This document shows, one piece after another, positions 21,486 to 30,572 of a stretch of 64,000 nt of DNA. This DNA is from Savitreella phatthalungensis (taxonomy: Eukaryota): positions 186,001 through 250,000 of the forward strand of contig AP039708.1 of NCBI GenBank assembly GCA_051599415.1, given 5' to 3'. The notes beneath the pieces are model-generated. The model saw only the letters and a program-made list of their open reading frames with translations, made no database searches and was not told where the DNA came from. Both the position numbers and the translations under genes were made by a program. How positions within the stretch are numbered: the stretch's first letter is position 1; every line of letters begins with the position of its first letter.

Positions 21486-22184
21486 TCAACCCCGCCGCAC
21501 TCTCGCTACTCGCCTCGCTATATCTGACGAGGTCTGCTGCATCGGATTCAGCTTCCGATCTCTCGCAGCTCGTTTGTAGTCATCTCCGTACTTCGAAGTC
21601 AGCTTCTCCAACCACGCCCGCTCACCCTCGCTCGCCTGTCTCGGTCTCGTCGCCTCACCACGCGCCGCACGTTCCTCCAGAGCTCTGACAACCTCTGACT
21701 TTGTGGCCCCTGCATCTCCCTCAGGAGTCTCCTCACGCATGAACGAGTCATCACTCCGTGCATCCTCATCCTCGTCCTCATCCTCGCCCTCATCTCCCTG
21801 ATGGCGCACCTTCTGCTTCGCCAGCTTCGAATAGACAACCTCAACCACATTTCCATCGGCGTCCCTCCGGATGATCGCCTCGTTCGCCTTCAGTCCCTGC
21901 TCATCCTCCTCCTCCTCGTCATCTCCCCCGCCAGCCGCAAGCTCATCCTCGCTGTCGACCTTCTCGTCAGGGTAAAGCTTCTCCACACCGCCAGCGACGT
22001 GGTGATTTGGATCAGCCACAAGACCGAGCGCCTTGTAGTTCTGTCTCAAGGTCTTGTGCTTGTCCCAGTGCGCAGCCATCACAGGATTTCCAGCAATGTT
22101 CACCCGCTTCAACTTATCGGCAGTCCGGCGTGTCAGCTTGCCAGCCGAACTTCTGGCCTTGCGCCGCTGTCTAGGATTTGCCAT
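21486..22184 (-). CDS. NOP16: Ribosome biogenesis protein Nop16
   Basis: MANPRQRRK, WDK.KTLRQNY..LGL and KYGDDY..ARD.KLNPMQQT. Confidence 0.93.
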   Translation of the reverse strand: MANPRQRRKARSSAGKLTRRTADKLKRVNIAGNPVMAAHWDKHKTLRQNYKALGLVADPNHHVAGGVEKLYPDEKVDSEDELAAGGGDDEEEEDEQGLKANEAIIRRDADGNVVEVVYSKLAKQKVRHQGDEGEDEDEDEDARSDDSFMREETPEGDAGATKSEVVRALEERAARGEATRPRQASEGERAWLEKLTSKYGDDYKRAARDRKLNPMQQTSSDIARRVARVRRG

Positions 22185-22299
22185 GACGGTCTATTTGAGG
22201 TGGGAGCTCTAACCCGCTTTGTTTATTCTGACTTGGCTGAGCACAAGTGACGGCGACGTCAGTGATATCGACGACTGTAGTATTGATGATGGTGATGAC

Positions 22300-22366
22300 G
22301 CTGCTGCTGCTGCGACTACTGCTGCGACTACTGCTGCGACTACTGCTGCGACTACTGCAACTGCTC
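22300..22366. repeat. 12-nt tandem repeat (GCTGCGACTACT)x4
   Basis: Directly visible in the NOP16/trp divergent intergenic region. Confidence 0.9.
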
Positions 22367-22651
22367 CTGATGATCGAGACGTTGATGGTGGTGGTCGTTG
22401 TGCCTCGTTGATCAATCATTCATACTTCCAATTGACACGTGACCAATCAATGACTCAACCTCAGAATTCAACATGCACTGTAGCACAAGAGACTAAAAAG
22501 AGAGAGAGTACACAACGACCGAGTCACTGTCTATCCAACACTCACACAAACCAAACCGTTCTCTTCCTTCTCTCTTCTACTCTGCTCCTTCTCATCTCGT
22601 CCCTGTCCTCCAGCTATACCATACCACCGCCCTCTCTGAGTGTGACGCTCG

Positions 22652-24799
22652 ATGGCAGACATCATCGTCATTGACAACTACGACAGCTTCACCTGGAACA
22701 TCGTAGAATACATCTCAGCCCTCACGCCTAGACAGATCGACGTCTATCGCAATGACAAGATCTCAGTATCGCAGCTCCAGCAACTCGCACCCAAGCTGCT
22801 AGTCATATCTCCGGGACCCGGACACCCCGAGACAGATGCAGGCATCTCTGCAGATGTCGTCGCCAAGTTCGCTGGCAAGATCCCGATCCTCGGCGTCTGC
22901 ATGGGTCAGCAGTGCATGTTCACCGTGTTTGGAGGCAAGGTGGAGCAGACAGGCGAGATCCTTCACGGCAAGACATCTCTCGTCAGACACGACGGCAAGG
23001 GCATCTACAAGGGTCTACCACAGGACATTGCCGTCACACGGTATCACTCCCTCGCAGGTACACTCGCCAGTCTGCCCGATGTTCTCGAAGTCACCTGTCG
23101 CACAGAGGGCGGCATCATCATGGGCGTGCGGCATCGTGAGTACGCGATTGAGGGTGTCCAATTCCACCCAGAGTCCATCCTCTCAGAGGGCGGCAAGATG
23201 ATGCTCGAGAACTTCCTCAAGCTCGAAGGCGGGACGTGGGCCGAGAATCCTGAGGTTGGAATGTCGCGGCCACCGACGGGCAAGAAGACGATCCTCGAGA
23301 CCATCCACGAGCAGCGGCTCAAGGACATCGCCCATGCAAAACGTACACCCGGGACGACCCCCGCAGACCTGCAGACACTCCTGAGATTAGATCAGGCGTA
23401 TCCGCTCATCGACTTTCCAAAGAGACTGCGGCAGAACACGCCGGAGCCAGGCGTGATGGCAGAAATCAAGCGGGCTTCCCCGTCAAAGGGCGACATCGAC
23501 ATCTCCGCCAACGCAGCACAGCAGGCGCTCTTGTACGCGCGCGGCGGCGCTAGCGTCATCTCCGTCCTCACAGAGCCGACCTGGTTCAAGGGATCTCTGC
23601 TAGACATGCGCGCTGCTCGTGACGCCGTCGCTCACATGCCAAATCGGCCGGCCATCCTCCGAAAGGACTTCATCGTCGACACTTACCAGATCGACGAGGC
23701 ACGACTCTACGGCGCAGACACGATCCTCCTGATCGTCGCCATGCTTTCGGAGAAGCAGCTATTCGACCTGTACGCGTACGCACAGACTCTCGGAATGGAG
23801 CCTCTCGTCGAGGTCAACAACCCACAGGAGATGGCTGTGGCGATGCGATTGGGCGCCAAGGTTGTCGGCGTCAACAACCGCAATCTCCACGACTTTGTCG
23901 TCGATCTCGAGACCACTTCAAAACTCGCAAAGGGACTTCAGACCGGCGTCACTCTCTGTGCCCTCTCCGGCATCACCACCCGAGCAGACGTCGAGAAGTA
24001 TCTGGAGGAAGGCGTCCACGCTGTCCTCGTCGGCGAGGCCCTCATGAGATCAGCCGACAAGGGAGCCTTCATTGACGCCCTCCGCGGCAGATCTGCCCAG
24101 GAACAGCGGAGAGCTGTGCCAATCGTCAAGATCTGCGGTACGCGCACCCCAGAAGCCGCAGTGGCAGCTGCCGAAGCAGGTGCAGATCTCATTGGCATCA
24201 TCATGGTCGAGGGACGCCGGCGGACGGTGGACATTGACGGCGCCAAGCAGATCGTTGACGCAGTCCGAGGCACGCACAAACGCGCACCAGCACCATTCGA
24301 ACTGGCCAGTGATTGGTTCTCACATTCACTCCAGGTGATTCGGTCGGGACCTCGCGCACTCGTCGTCGGCGTCTTCCAGAATCAACCACTCTCATACATC
24401 CTCGAGGCACAGCGACAGGCCGGTCTGGATATGGTCCAGCTGCACGGGGAAGAGCCACTAGAGTGGGCAAATTTGATCCCTTGTCCCGTCCTGCGCGCAT
24501 TTGGTGTGGACGATCTTGCTATTGGCAAGGAAGGTCTTCACGCCCTCCCACTCCTCGACGGCACCTCGGCATCAGGCGTCAAGGGCGGTACAGGCGAGAC
24601 ACTCGATTGGTCTGCAGCCGCCACCATCCAGACGCCCTACCTTCTGGCTGGCGGTCTGACTCCGGACAACGTTGCAAAGGCACTCGCCCAGACGAACGCT
24701 TCTGGAGTCGACGTCTCCTCCGGCGTCGAAGACCCAAATGGCAACCAGGACATCGCCAAGATCACCGCATTTATCAAGGCAGCGAAGCATGTAGCATAG
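22652..24799 (+). CDS. trp1: Trifunctional tryptophan biosynthesis protein (anthranilate synthase GATase + IGP synthase + PRA isomerase)
   Basis: IDNYDSFT, GVCMG and QFHPES (TrpG); AEIKRASPSKG and LRKDF (TrpC); KICG, QLHG, LAGGL and GVDVSSGVE (TrpF). Confidence 0.97.
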   Translation: MADIIVIDNYDSFTWNIVEYISALTPRQIDVYRNDKISVSQLQQLAPKLLVISPGPGHPETDAGISADVVAKFAGKIPILGVCMGQQCMFTVFGGKVEQTGEILHGKTSLVRHDGKGIYKGLPQDIAVTRYHSLAGTLASLPDVLEVTCRTEGGIIMGVRHREYAIEGVQFHPESILSEGGKMMLENFLKLEGGTWAENPEVGMSRPPTGKKTILETIHEQRLKDIAHAKRTPGTTPADLQTLLRLDQAYPLIDFPKRLRQNTPEPGVMAEIKRASPSKGDIDISANAAQQALLYARGGASVISVLTEPTWFKGSLLDMRAARDAVAHMPNRPAILRKDFIVDTYQIDEARLYGADTILLIVAMLSEKQLFDLYAYAQTLGMEPLVEVNNPQEMAVAMRLGAKVVGVNNRNLHDFVVDLETTSKLAKGLQTGVTLCALSGITTRADVEKYLEEGVHAVLVGEALMRSADKGAFIDALRGRSAQEQRRAVPIVKICGTRTPEAAVAAAEAGADLIGIIMVEGRRRTVDIDGAKQIVDAVRGTHKRAPAPFELASDWFSHSLQVIRSGPRALVVGVFQNQPLSYILEAQRQAGLDMVQLHGEEPLEWANLIPCPVLRAFGVDDLAIGKEGLHALPLLDGTSASGVKGGTGETLDWSAAATIQTPYLLAGGLTPDNVAKALAQTNASGVDVSSGVEDPNGNQDIAKITAFIKAAKHVA

Positions 24800-24840
24800 A
24801 GTGGCACAGCATAGTCCTGCCTAATTAGACCCAGCATAGT

Positions 24841-25668
24841 CTAGACTCGCGAATCACCGATCGGGTCCCAGTCAGTCACCAAGTACTCGTCTAAGCCGTC
24901 CAACCGTGTCATCTCCTCATCGCTCAGTGTGAAGTCAAACACTGCGATATTCTCCATGATCCGGGCCGGTTTCACACTCTTTGGGATGCAGACGTACCCA
25001 TGCTGGAGCGACCATCGGATCAGGACCTGTGCTGGTGTCTTGTTGTGTGCGAGCGCAATCTGCCCGAGAACAGGATCGTCCATCCGCTCACCCCTGGCCA
25101 ACGGACCCCAAGCCTCCAGGACGATCCCGTTCTCGCGGTTGTACTTGACCTCGTCCTCGCGCGTCATCCACGGGTGCAGATCGATCTGATTGACAGCAGG
25201 AACGACCTCACTCGTCAGCGACAACTCCTCCAGGTGTCGACGTCCCCAATTACTCACGCCAATTGAGCGAACCAATCCCTTTGCCTGGGCATCCACAAGC
25301 GCTCGCCAGCACTCTGCACGAGCGCGAGCGTCCGGGTATGGGCTGTGGAGGAGGTACAGGTCCAGGTAGTCGGTCCCGAATGCTGTCAGGGATTTCTGCA
25401 GCGCCTTGAACGTCGCATCGTACCCGCGCAGACTCATCAGCTTGCTCGTGTAGAAGACGTCCTCCCTCGGCACACCCGAACCCCGTACACCCTTCCCGCA
25501 CGCCCCCTCGTTCCCATACCACTCGGCACTGTCGATCAGCCGGTACCCAGCCTCGAGCGCAGCCCGCACACTCCGCTCGCACGCGCTGTCGCTACACTCA
25601 TACACACCGAGACCGAGCTGCGGCATGAATCTCCCATCACGCAGCCTCACCTTTGGCACTTTCGACAT
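24841..25668 (-). CDS. Aldo/keto reductase
   Basis: MPQLGLGVY, GYRLIDSA..Y, DLYLLHSP, SIGVSN, PAVNQ and IPKS motifs. Confidence 0.93.
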   Translation of the reverse strand: MSKVPKVRLRDGRFMPQLGLGVYECSDSACERSVRAALEAGYRLIDSAEWYGNEGACGKGVRGSGVPREDVFYTSKLMSLRGYDATFKALQKSLTAFGTDYLDLYLLHSPYPDARARAECWRALVDAQAKGLVRSIGVSNWGRRHLEELSLTSEVVPAVNQIDLHPWMTREDEVKYNRENGIVLEAWGPLARGERMDDPVLGQIALAHNKTPAQVLIRWSLQHGYVCIPKSVKPARIMENIAVFDFTLSDEEMTRLDGLDEYLVTDWDPIGDSRV

Positions 25669-25761
25669 GACGTAGTGTGAGAGTTCCCGCTCATTAAAAT
25701 GCCGAGATGAATTTAAGTGTGGAGACACACACACACACACACATACACACGTAGCATAAGG

Positions 25762-26979
25762 ATGCCACCGCCCACAGAGGCCGTTCTCAGGTGGCTCCAC
25801 AACATTCTACAGCCAGAGTACGATGCGGTCCAACGGACATTTGACGACGTCGTCGACGTCCTGTTCGACCTTCCCCTCCGCCCTCGCACGGACATCTACA
25901 GTAAGAAGTGCGTCTGTCGTGCAGGAAGTGACTAACCAGCAGCACACGAGGATGGGAGAACGCAGTTGCTGCTGATGGTACACGGACCGCTGCCGGTGGC
26001 TGGGGTTGGGAGTGTGGGTGTAGAGGTCTGGCTGCCACAGACGTACCCGGTGGACGGGCCGATCGTGTTTGTCGGTCGGCCGCCTAGTGGGTGTGTGGTC
26101 CGTCCTGGGAACCACGTGGGCTCCGATCGGCGGTGTTACCACCCGGTGCTGGCGTACTGGAGCGGGGATGTGCGTCGGAGTACGCTGAGGGGGGCGCTGG
26201 ATGCGTTGGCGGGAGTGTTTGCGAAGGAGCCGCCGGTGGTGAGGGCGCCGGTGGAGGTCGAGGTGGTGAGGAGGACGAGGGAGCAGGATAGTTATGCACA
26301 CAAGCCACCACCGTCACTGCCGCCACGGCGCAAGATCGCAGACGAGGTCGCAGCGATGGAGTACGCACTACAGAGGCAGTCGATCGCGCAGGCGACAGGG
26401 ATGGCAGATGAGGGAGAAGATCTATTGGGCGACACGCCCGTCTACACAAACACGAGGGAGAACCACCCACCGGCAAGACCGGCCAACCCGGTCAGAGACA
26501 CACTCGTCGACGAACTCACTCACCAGGTCCAGGTGAGGGCGGAGCGTGCGCATGCGCAGTTCCTCGGTCAGCTGAAGGAGTTGGATAGGGAGCGCGAGGC
26601 GCTGGAGGAGGTGCGTGATAGGTTGTCTCGGGAGACGGCAACAGTGACGCGGTCATTGGAGACCTGTCGTGCTGGCATTTCGATTCTGGACGAGAAGATT
26701 CCTGCTGCAGAGAAGGTGATTGAGCAGGTGGATGCGCTAGGTCAGCCTGACGTCGATGGCTTGGTCGTCCCAGCGACCGTCGTCCACGCCCAGCTCTACA
26801 ACCTCGTCGCACAGGAGCTAGCACTCGACGACACGATCTTCGTCCTCGGCAAGGCACTCGAGCAAGAACAAATCGACCTCGACCTCTTCCTCAAACACAT
26901 CAGACCGCTCGCGAGAGAGCAATTTCTCAAACGCGCACTCATCCACAAGATCAGCGAACGTCTGGGTCTCGCGCTGTGA
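25762..26979 (+). CDS. VPS23: ESCRT-I subunit Vps23/Tsg101; intron 25901-25939 or 25901-25942
   Basis: Exon 1 ends RPRTDIY. Intron GTAAGA..GACTAAC..CAGCAG. UEV domain (WLP..YP, YHP.L..W, FAKEPP), coiled coil and steadiness box (FLKH.R.LAREQF). Confidence 0.9.
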
Positions 26980-27012
26980 GTGGGGCGTATAGGTGGAAGT
27001 CACACCTGCCGA

Positions 27013-27558
27013 TCACACCTGGTGGTACTCCTTGATGTGGAAGCGGGTGGTGGCGTGCTTTGCGTTGACAAAGATCCAGGATTGGAGGTTATTGGCGACC
27101 ACTTTGGTGGGTCTGCCTGTGGTATTGGTGGTGTGATCTGTCGGTTCCGGGGTGACTGCCACGAGGGCGCCGTCGTCTGCTTTCCGGAGGTGTGGGGCGA
27201 AGACGTACGGGAGGAGGAGGCAGAGGGCGCCGTTGTCGGAAGCAGACGCGGCCGTAAAGCAGAGCACGTGGACGTAGCTGTATCCCTTTTCGAAAGGATA
27301 CACCGTCTCAGGAGACACCATCACCTGGGTCACTCGCCCAAAATCCATACCACTGTCGACCTCCATTCGATTACTGATATCCCCAGCACGCAGCACATCC
27401 CGACCATCAGCACGCGTCTCAAGCACCACCCCACAGTTCTTGACTGGCAAGGGGATCGCTTTTGCTCCAGCATCGGCCAACCGACGACGTTCATTCTCTA
27501 CCTGCTGGGCAAGCCACGCCTTTGAGTCGGACTCGTGGTCAGATTTGGCTTCCGACAT
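27013..27558 (-). CDS. Hypothetical protein, 181 aa
   Basis: ATG-initiated ORF with globular composition and coding-like GC; convergent with VPS23. No family recognised. Confidence 0.65.
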   Translation of the reverse strand: MSEAKSDHESDSKAWLAQQVENERRRLADAGAKAIPLPVKNCGVVLETRADGRDVLRAGDISNRMEVDSGMDFGRVTQVMVSPETVYPFEKGYSYVHVLCFTAASASDNGALCLLLPYVFAPHLRKADDGALVAVTPEPTDHTTNTTGRPTKVVANNLQSWIFVNAKHATTRFHIKEYHQV

Positions 27559-28835
27559 GGCCAGGGTAAATCAAGCGAGCCAATCCTTGACGGAGATGCG
27601 GATTGGGGTTCTCCTAGCTGTGTCACAAGATAAAGAAGATGGTAGATTGAAGAATGCAATAAACTGGGGAATCCTTTTGGAGATTCTTTCTGGAGCAATG
27701 CAACGCGATGCTCTTTGGCGTCCAGGCCAGACCCTCAAAAGCAAGCGCGTTGATTGGGAACGAGGTTCTGGCGCGAGGAGGTGAGACTGGTGGCAGAGAC
27801 GGTTGGCTGTCTGTGCCTGTCTGCTACTTGGGGTGGATGCTAATCTGACCGGGAGAGCTTTTGTTTTGGTCCTGAAACTTTGTCCTGTCACATCCACGCG
27901 TGAGGGGGGCTTCAACGATGAGGAGAGCGTTCCTGGAAGGGAAAGAGAAGGGAAGGAAAGGGAATTGAGTTGGTTGTTGGAGCCGCTGTGTTGCCCGGTC
28001 AGGTTGAGGTAACTGTGGAAGATGGCGTGGAGGTGAACCGCCGCTTGAAATACGTACTCACCTGTTTGTTTGTTCATTCATTCATTCATTCGATGGAATC
28101 AGTCTCCCAGTAACTCACATTCATTCATTCATTCATTAATTTATTGATATATATGGCATTGATTACTTCGACTATACTGGCTGTGTAGATAGATACTAGC
28201 TGTGGATGAATCTCTGTTGATTTATTTACCCGGAGCCTCCACTCACTCAACCATGTACTTCTACACTGGTCAGATTCAATTTCAACTATAATGATATGAT
28301 CTTTGTACTCCCTCACACAAGCACAAGCACTTAAGCACAAGCAATTTAAAGGCAGAAAATGGATTTGAATACAGTGACAATATTCATTATTCATTTGGTA
28401 GCATATATATTTATGCTTGTGCAACCGTAGCACGAATCATCCATCAACCAGTCACGCAATAAAGTCCTTCTATCAATCTCTAGATCACCTTCAGTCCATT
28501 GAATGGTCAAGATCAGAAATTCATTATAAACAACTAAGTACTCAATCGATATATATACCCTTGTACCACCTCCAGGTCTCATGCATCTATAAGAAGTCAT
28601 ATTCTAGACCTTTCATATTGTGTGAGGGTCAAAATATAAATTATTCGAAATTTCCTATAAGATCTTTCTATTGGCTTTTGATCTGTGCGCATGCGTGCGT
28701 ACGTGCGTGGGTCGCTTAATTCTTTTGTTTACCAATCTGACCAAGGCCAACCTCCCAAAACATCCATAAAGGTTCATTCCTTGAGTCTAATAACCTTTTC
28801 TGGAGATGATTACCATCCTCTCCCTCCTGCTGCTA

Positions 28836-29214
28836 CTGCTGCTGCTGCTCTTTGTCGTGCCTCTAGAGCGTGCTAATCACCCGAATGTGAGTATAGCGAA
28901 GCCGTAGGAGCTCCTCTTCTTCTACGGCCCTCGGTCACTCCCAAACGGCCGCCAAATTCCCCGAAAGGGACACAACGTAGGCTTGATCCCCTAATCGAGC
29001 TCGGGGCTGGGGCTCGATCGGCGGCCGTCCGAGCGCCATGCCATGCTCATCCTCATACTCAAGCCTAAAGCCCATGCACATGCACATACTCACCCACGCT
29101 TGCAGTCCCCTTTGGGTCCACGCTCACAATCCACGCTTACCGGTGTACAAGCTCACACGTACAAGTGCAGGTGCAGGCAGAGGCGCAGACGTAGGACAAA
29201 AGCGGCAGCGGCAG
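28836..29214 (+). ncRNA. Candidate structured RNA (enclosing helix, multi-hairpin core, pseudoknot); family unknown
   Basis: Hand-read pairings: 28836-28864/29179-29214, 28866-28872/29119-29125, 28901-28910/28919-28928, 28945-28953/29020-29028, 28994-29002/29010-29018, and pseudoknot 28978-28986/29059-29067. G-U pairs favour the + strand. Expression is not shown. Confidence 0.55.
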
Positions 29215-29524
29215 GTGACTGCGTGACACTGCTCATGTGAGGATCGTTTCCATGCCTCACACACTTCCATACATAACCAAGACAGACCCCTCTACGGGAC
29301 TCATCACACCAAAAGGTCCGGCATCCGGCGCCCCGCCCAACAGCATTGCATCCTCCGACAATAGCATCATTCGCATAACCAGCATTATACCGCGCTGCAC
29401 CGGACGGTATCACATCACATCACCTCACTCCGCATTAGACGCAGCGTCGTCTAGCGTTCCTCTGTCATCCGCGCATCTCTCGACCACAGCATGAGCGTCA
29501 GCTACTCATAGATTCGGAGTCCTC

Positions 29525-30211
29525 ATGCCGCCCACAATCTCCTCGCCAACCGATTTCCGTCACGTCTCGCACAACCTGGTAGATGCCATCATGCTGGCAA
29601 GCGCCGGCACAGGAGCAGGAACAGATTCCCTGAGCCTTGCTGTAGCTCCTGCCCCCGTTCCTGCTCCTCCTCCAAACGAGCAACCAATAAAACAGTCCTC
29701 CGGCAAGCGGAATCGGAGGTCCATCTGGCGACTATTCGCTCCTGGCAGGAAGCCACGGAAACAGGAGCCAGAATCCGACGGATCGACCATCTCTGAATCT
29801 GACGCACGCGCATGCCACGACGACGGCAAGTGGGACACCTGTAGCCTGTCAACAGCCGCAAGCCGATCGACCGTGGATCTGACGACGCCGATTCGACCAC
29901 CGCTGCGTCACGGCCGGAGTGCAATGACCATCAGATCGGAGAGCGCTTCCCCGAATTGCTTGAGCCTGTCGAGTTCCAGCTCGACTTCCTCGTCCTCGTC
30001 ACCGTCTCCAGCATCCGTCAACAAACCCACATCGTTCTACCTGCAACACGGCAGGCAGGTCCACTCGACCACCGTCCTCGTGGGCCGGGAGCGTCTTGCA
30101 GGTCGCCACCTGCGGGAGACGGCAGGACGAATTTCCGCCGTGTGGCTCGGAACAGCCGGGGAGACCCGACCTGCTGGACACCTCGCGACCATGCCACTAC
30201 CCCTCCCTTGA
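29525..30211 (+). CDS. Small CRIB/PBD-motif protein (putative Cdc42/Rac effector)
   Basis: N-terminal ISSPTDFRHVSH fits the CRIB consensus I-S-x-P-x(2-4)-F-x-H-x-x-H. The rest is low-complexity. Confidence 0.65.
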   Translation: MPPTISSPTDFRHVSHNLVDAIMLASAGTGAGTDSLSLAVAPAPVPAPPPNEQPIKQSSGKRNRRSIWRLFAPGRKPRKQEPESDGSTISESDARACHDDGKWDTCSLSTAASRSTVDLTTPIRPPLRHGRSAMTIRSESASPNCLSLSSSSSTSSSSSPSPASVNKPTSFYLQHGRQVHSTTVLVGRERLAGRHLRETAGRISAVWLGTAGETRPAGHLATMPLPLP

Positions 30212-30572
30212 CGACCTGAACGCAAACCCCTTTCTCTCACATACATAACGTACATACAAACATACACCGCATACACGCAACCAATTCTCTACTTAACTTT
30301 GACTCTCCATACACACTGAGCCAAGCCACCGGAATTGACCTGCTCATCGATACACTATCTCATACATTCGTGACTTGGCTCGTGTCCATGTGTCGGCCTT
30401 TGGTCGCGTGCCATCCGACCTCATATAAGTCGGACGTTTCCGCCATCCAGCTCGCTTACGATCATCGACCTCCATAGCCAGCGTGACGCCTTTAGGTCCT
30501 TTGCCCCGTCCCATCCCTAGACCTCTCCTTTCCCAAAGATAACACGCAGACGCCACCACAGCAAAGAAGATC

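Noticed and set aside
28981..29000. TPP riboswitch-like CTTGATC..TAAT..AGC
   Set aside because: No P5 stem around TAAT and no upstream CTGAGA motif.
28950..29020. RNase MRP/RNase P identity for the structured element (AAATTCCCC, GAAAG loop, GGGGCT)
   Set aside because: The CR-I- and CR-V-like words are too close together and in the wrong structural context, and no CR-IV is present.
29239..29256. U3 snoRNA box A-like GGATCGTTTC
   Set aside because: Boxes C', C and D are not found in the proper order.
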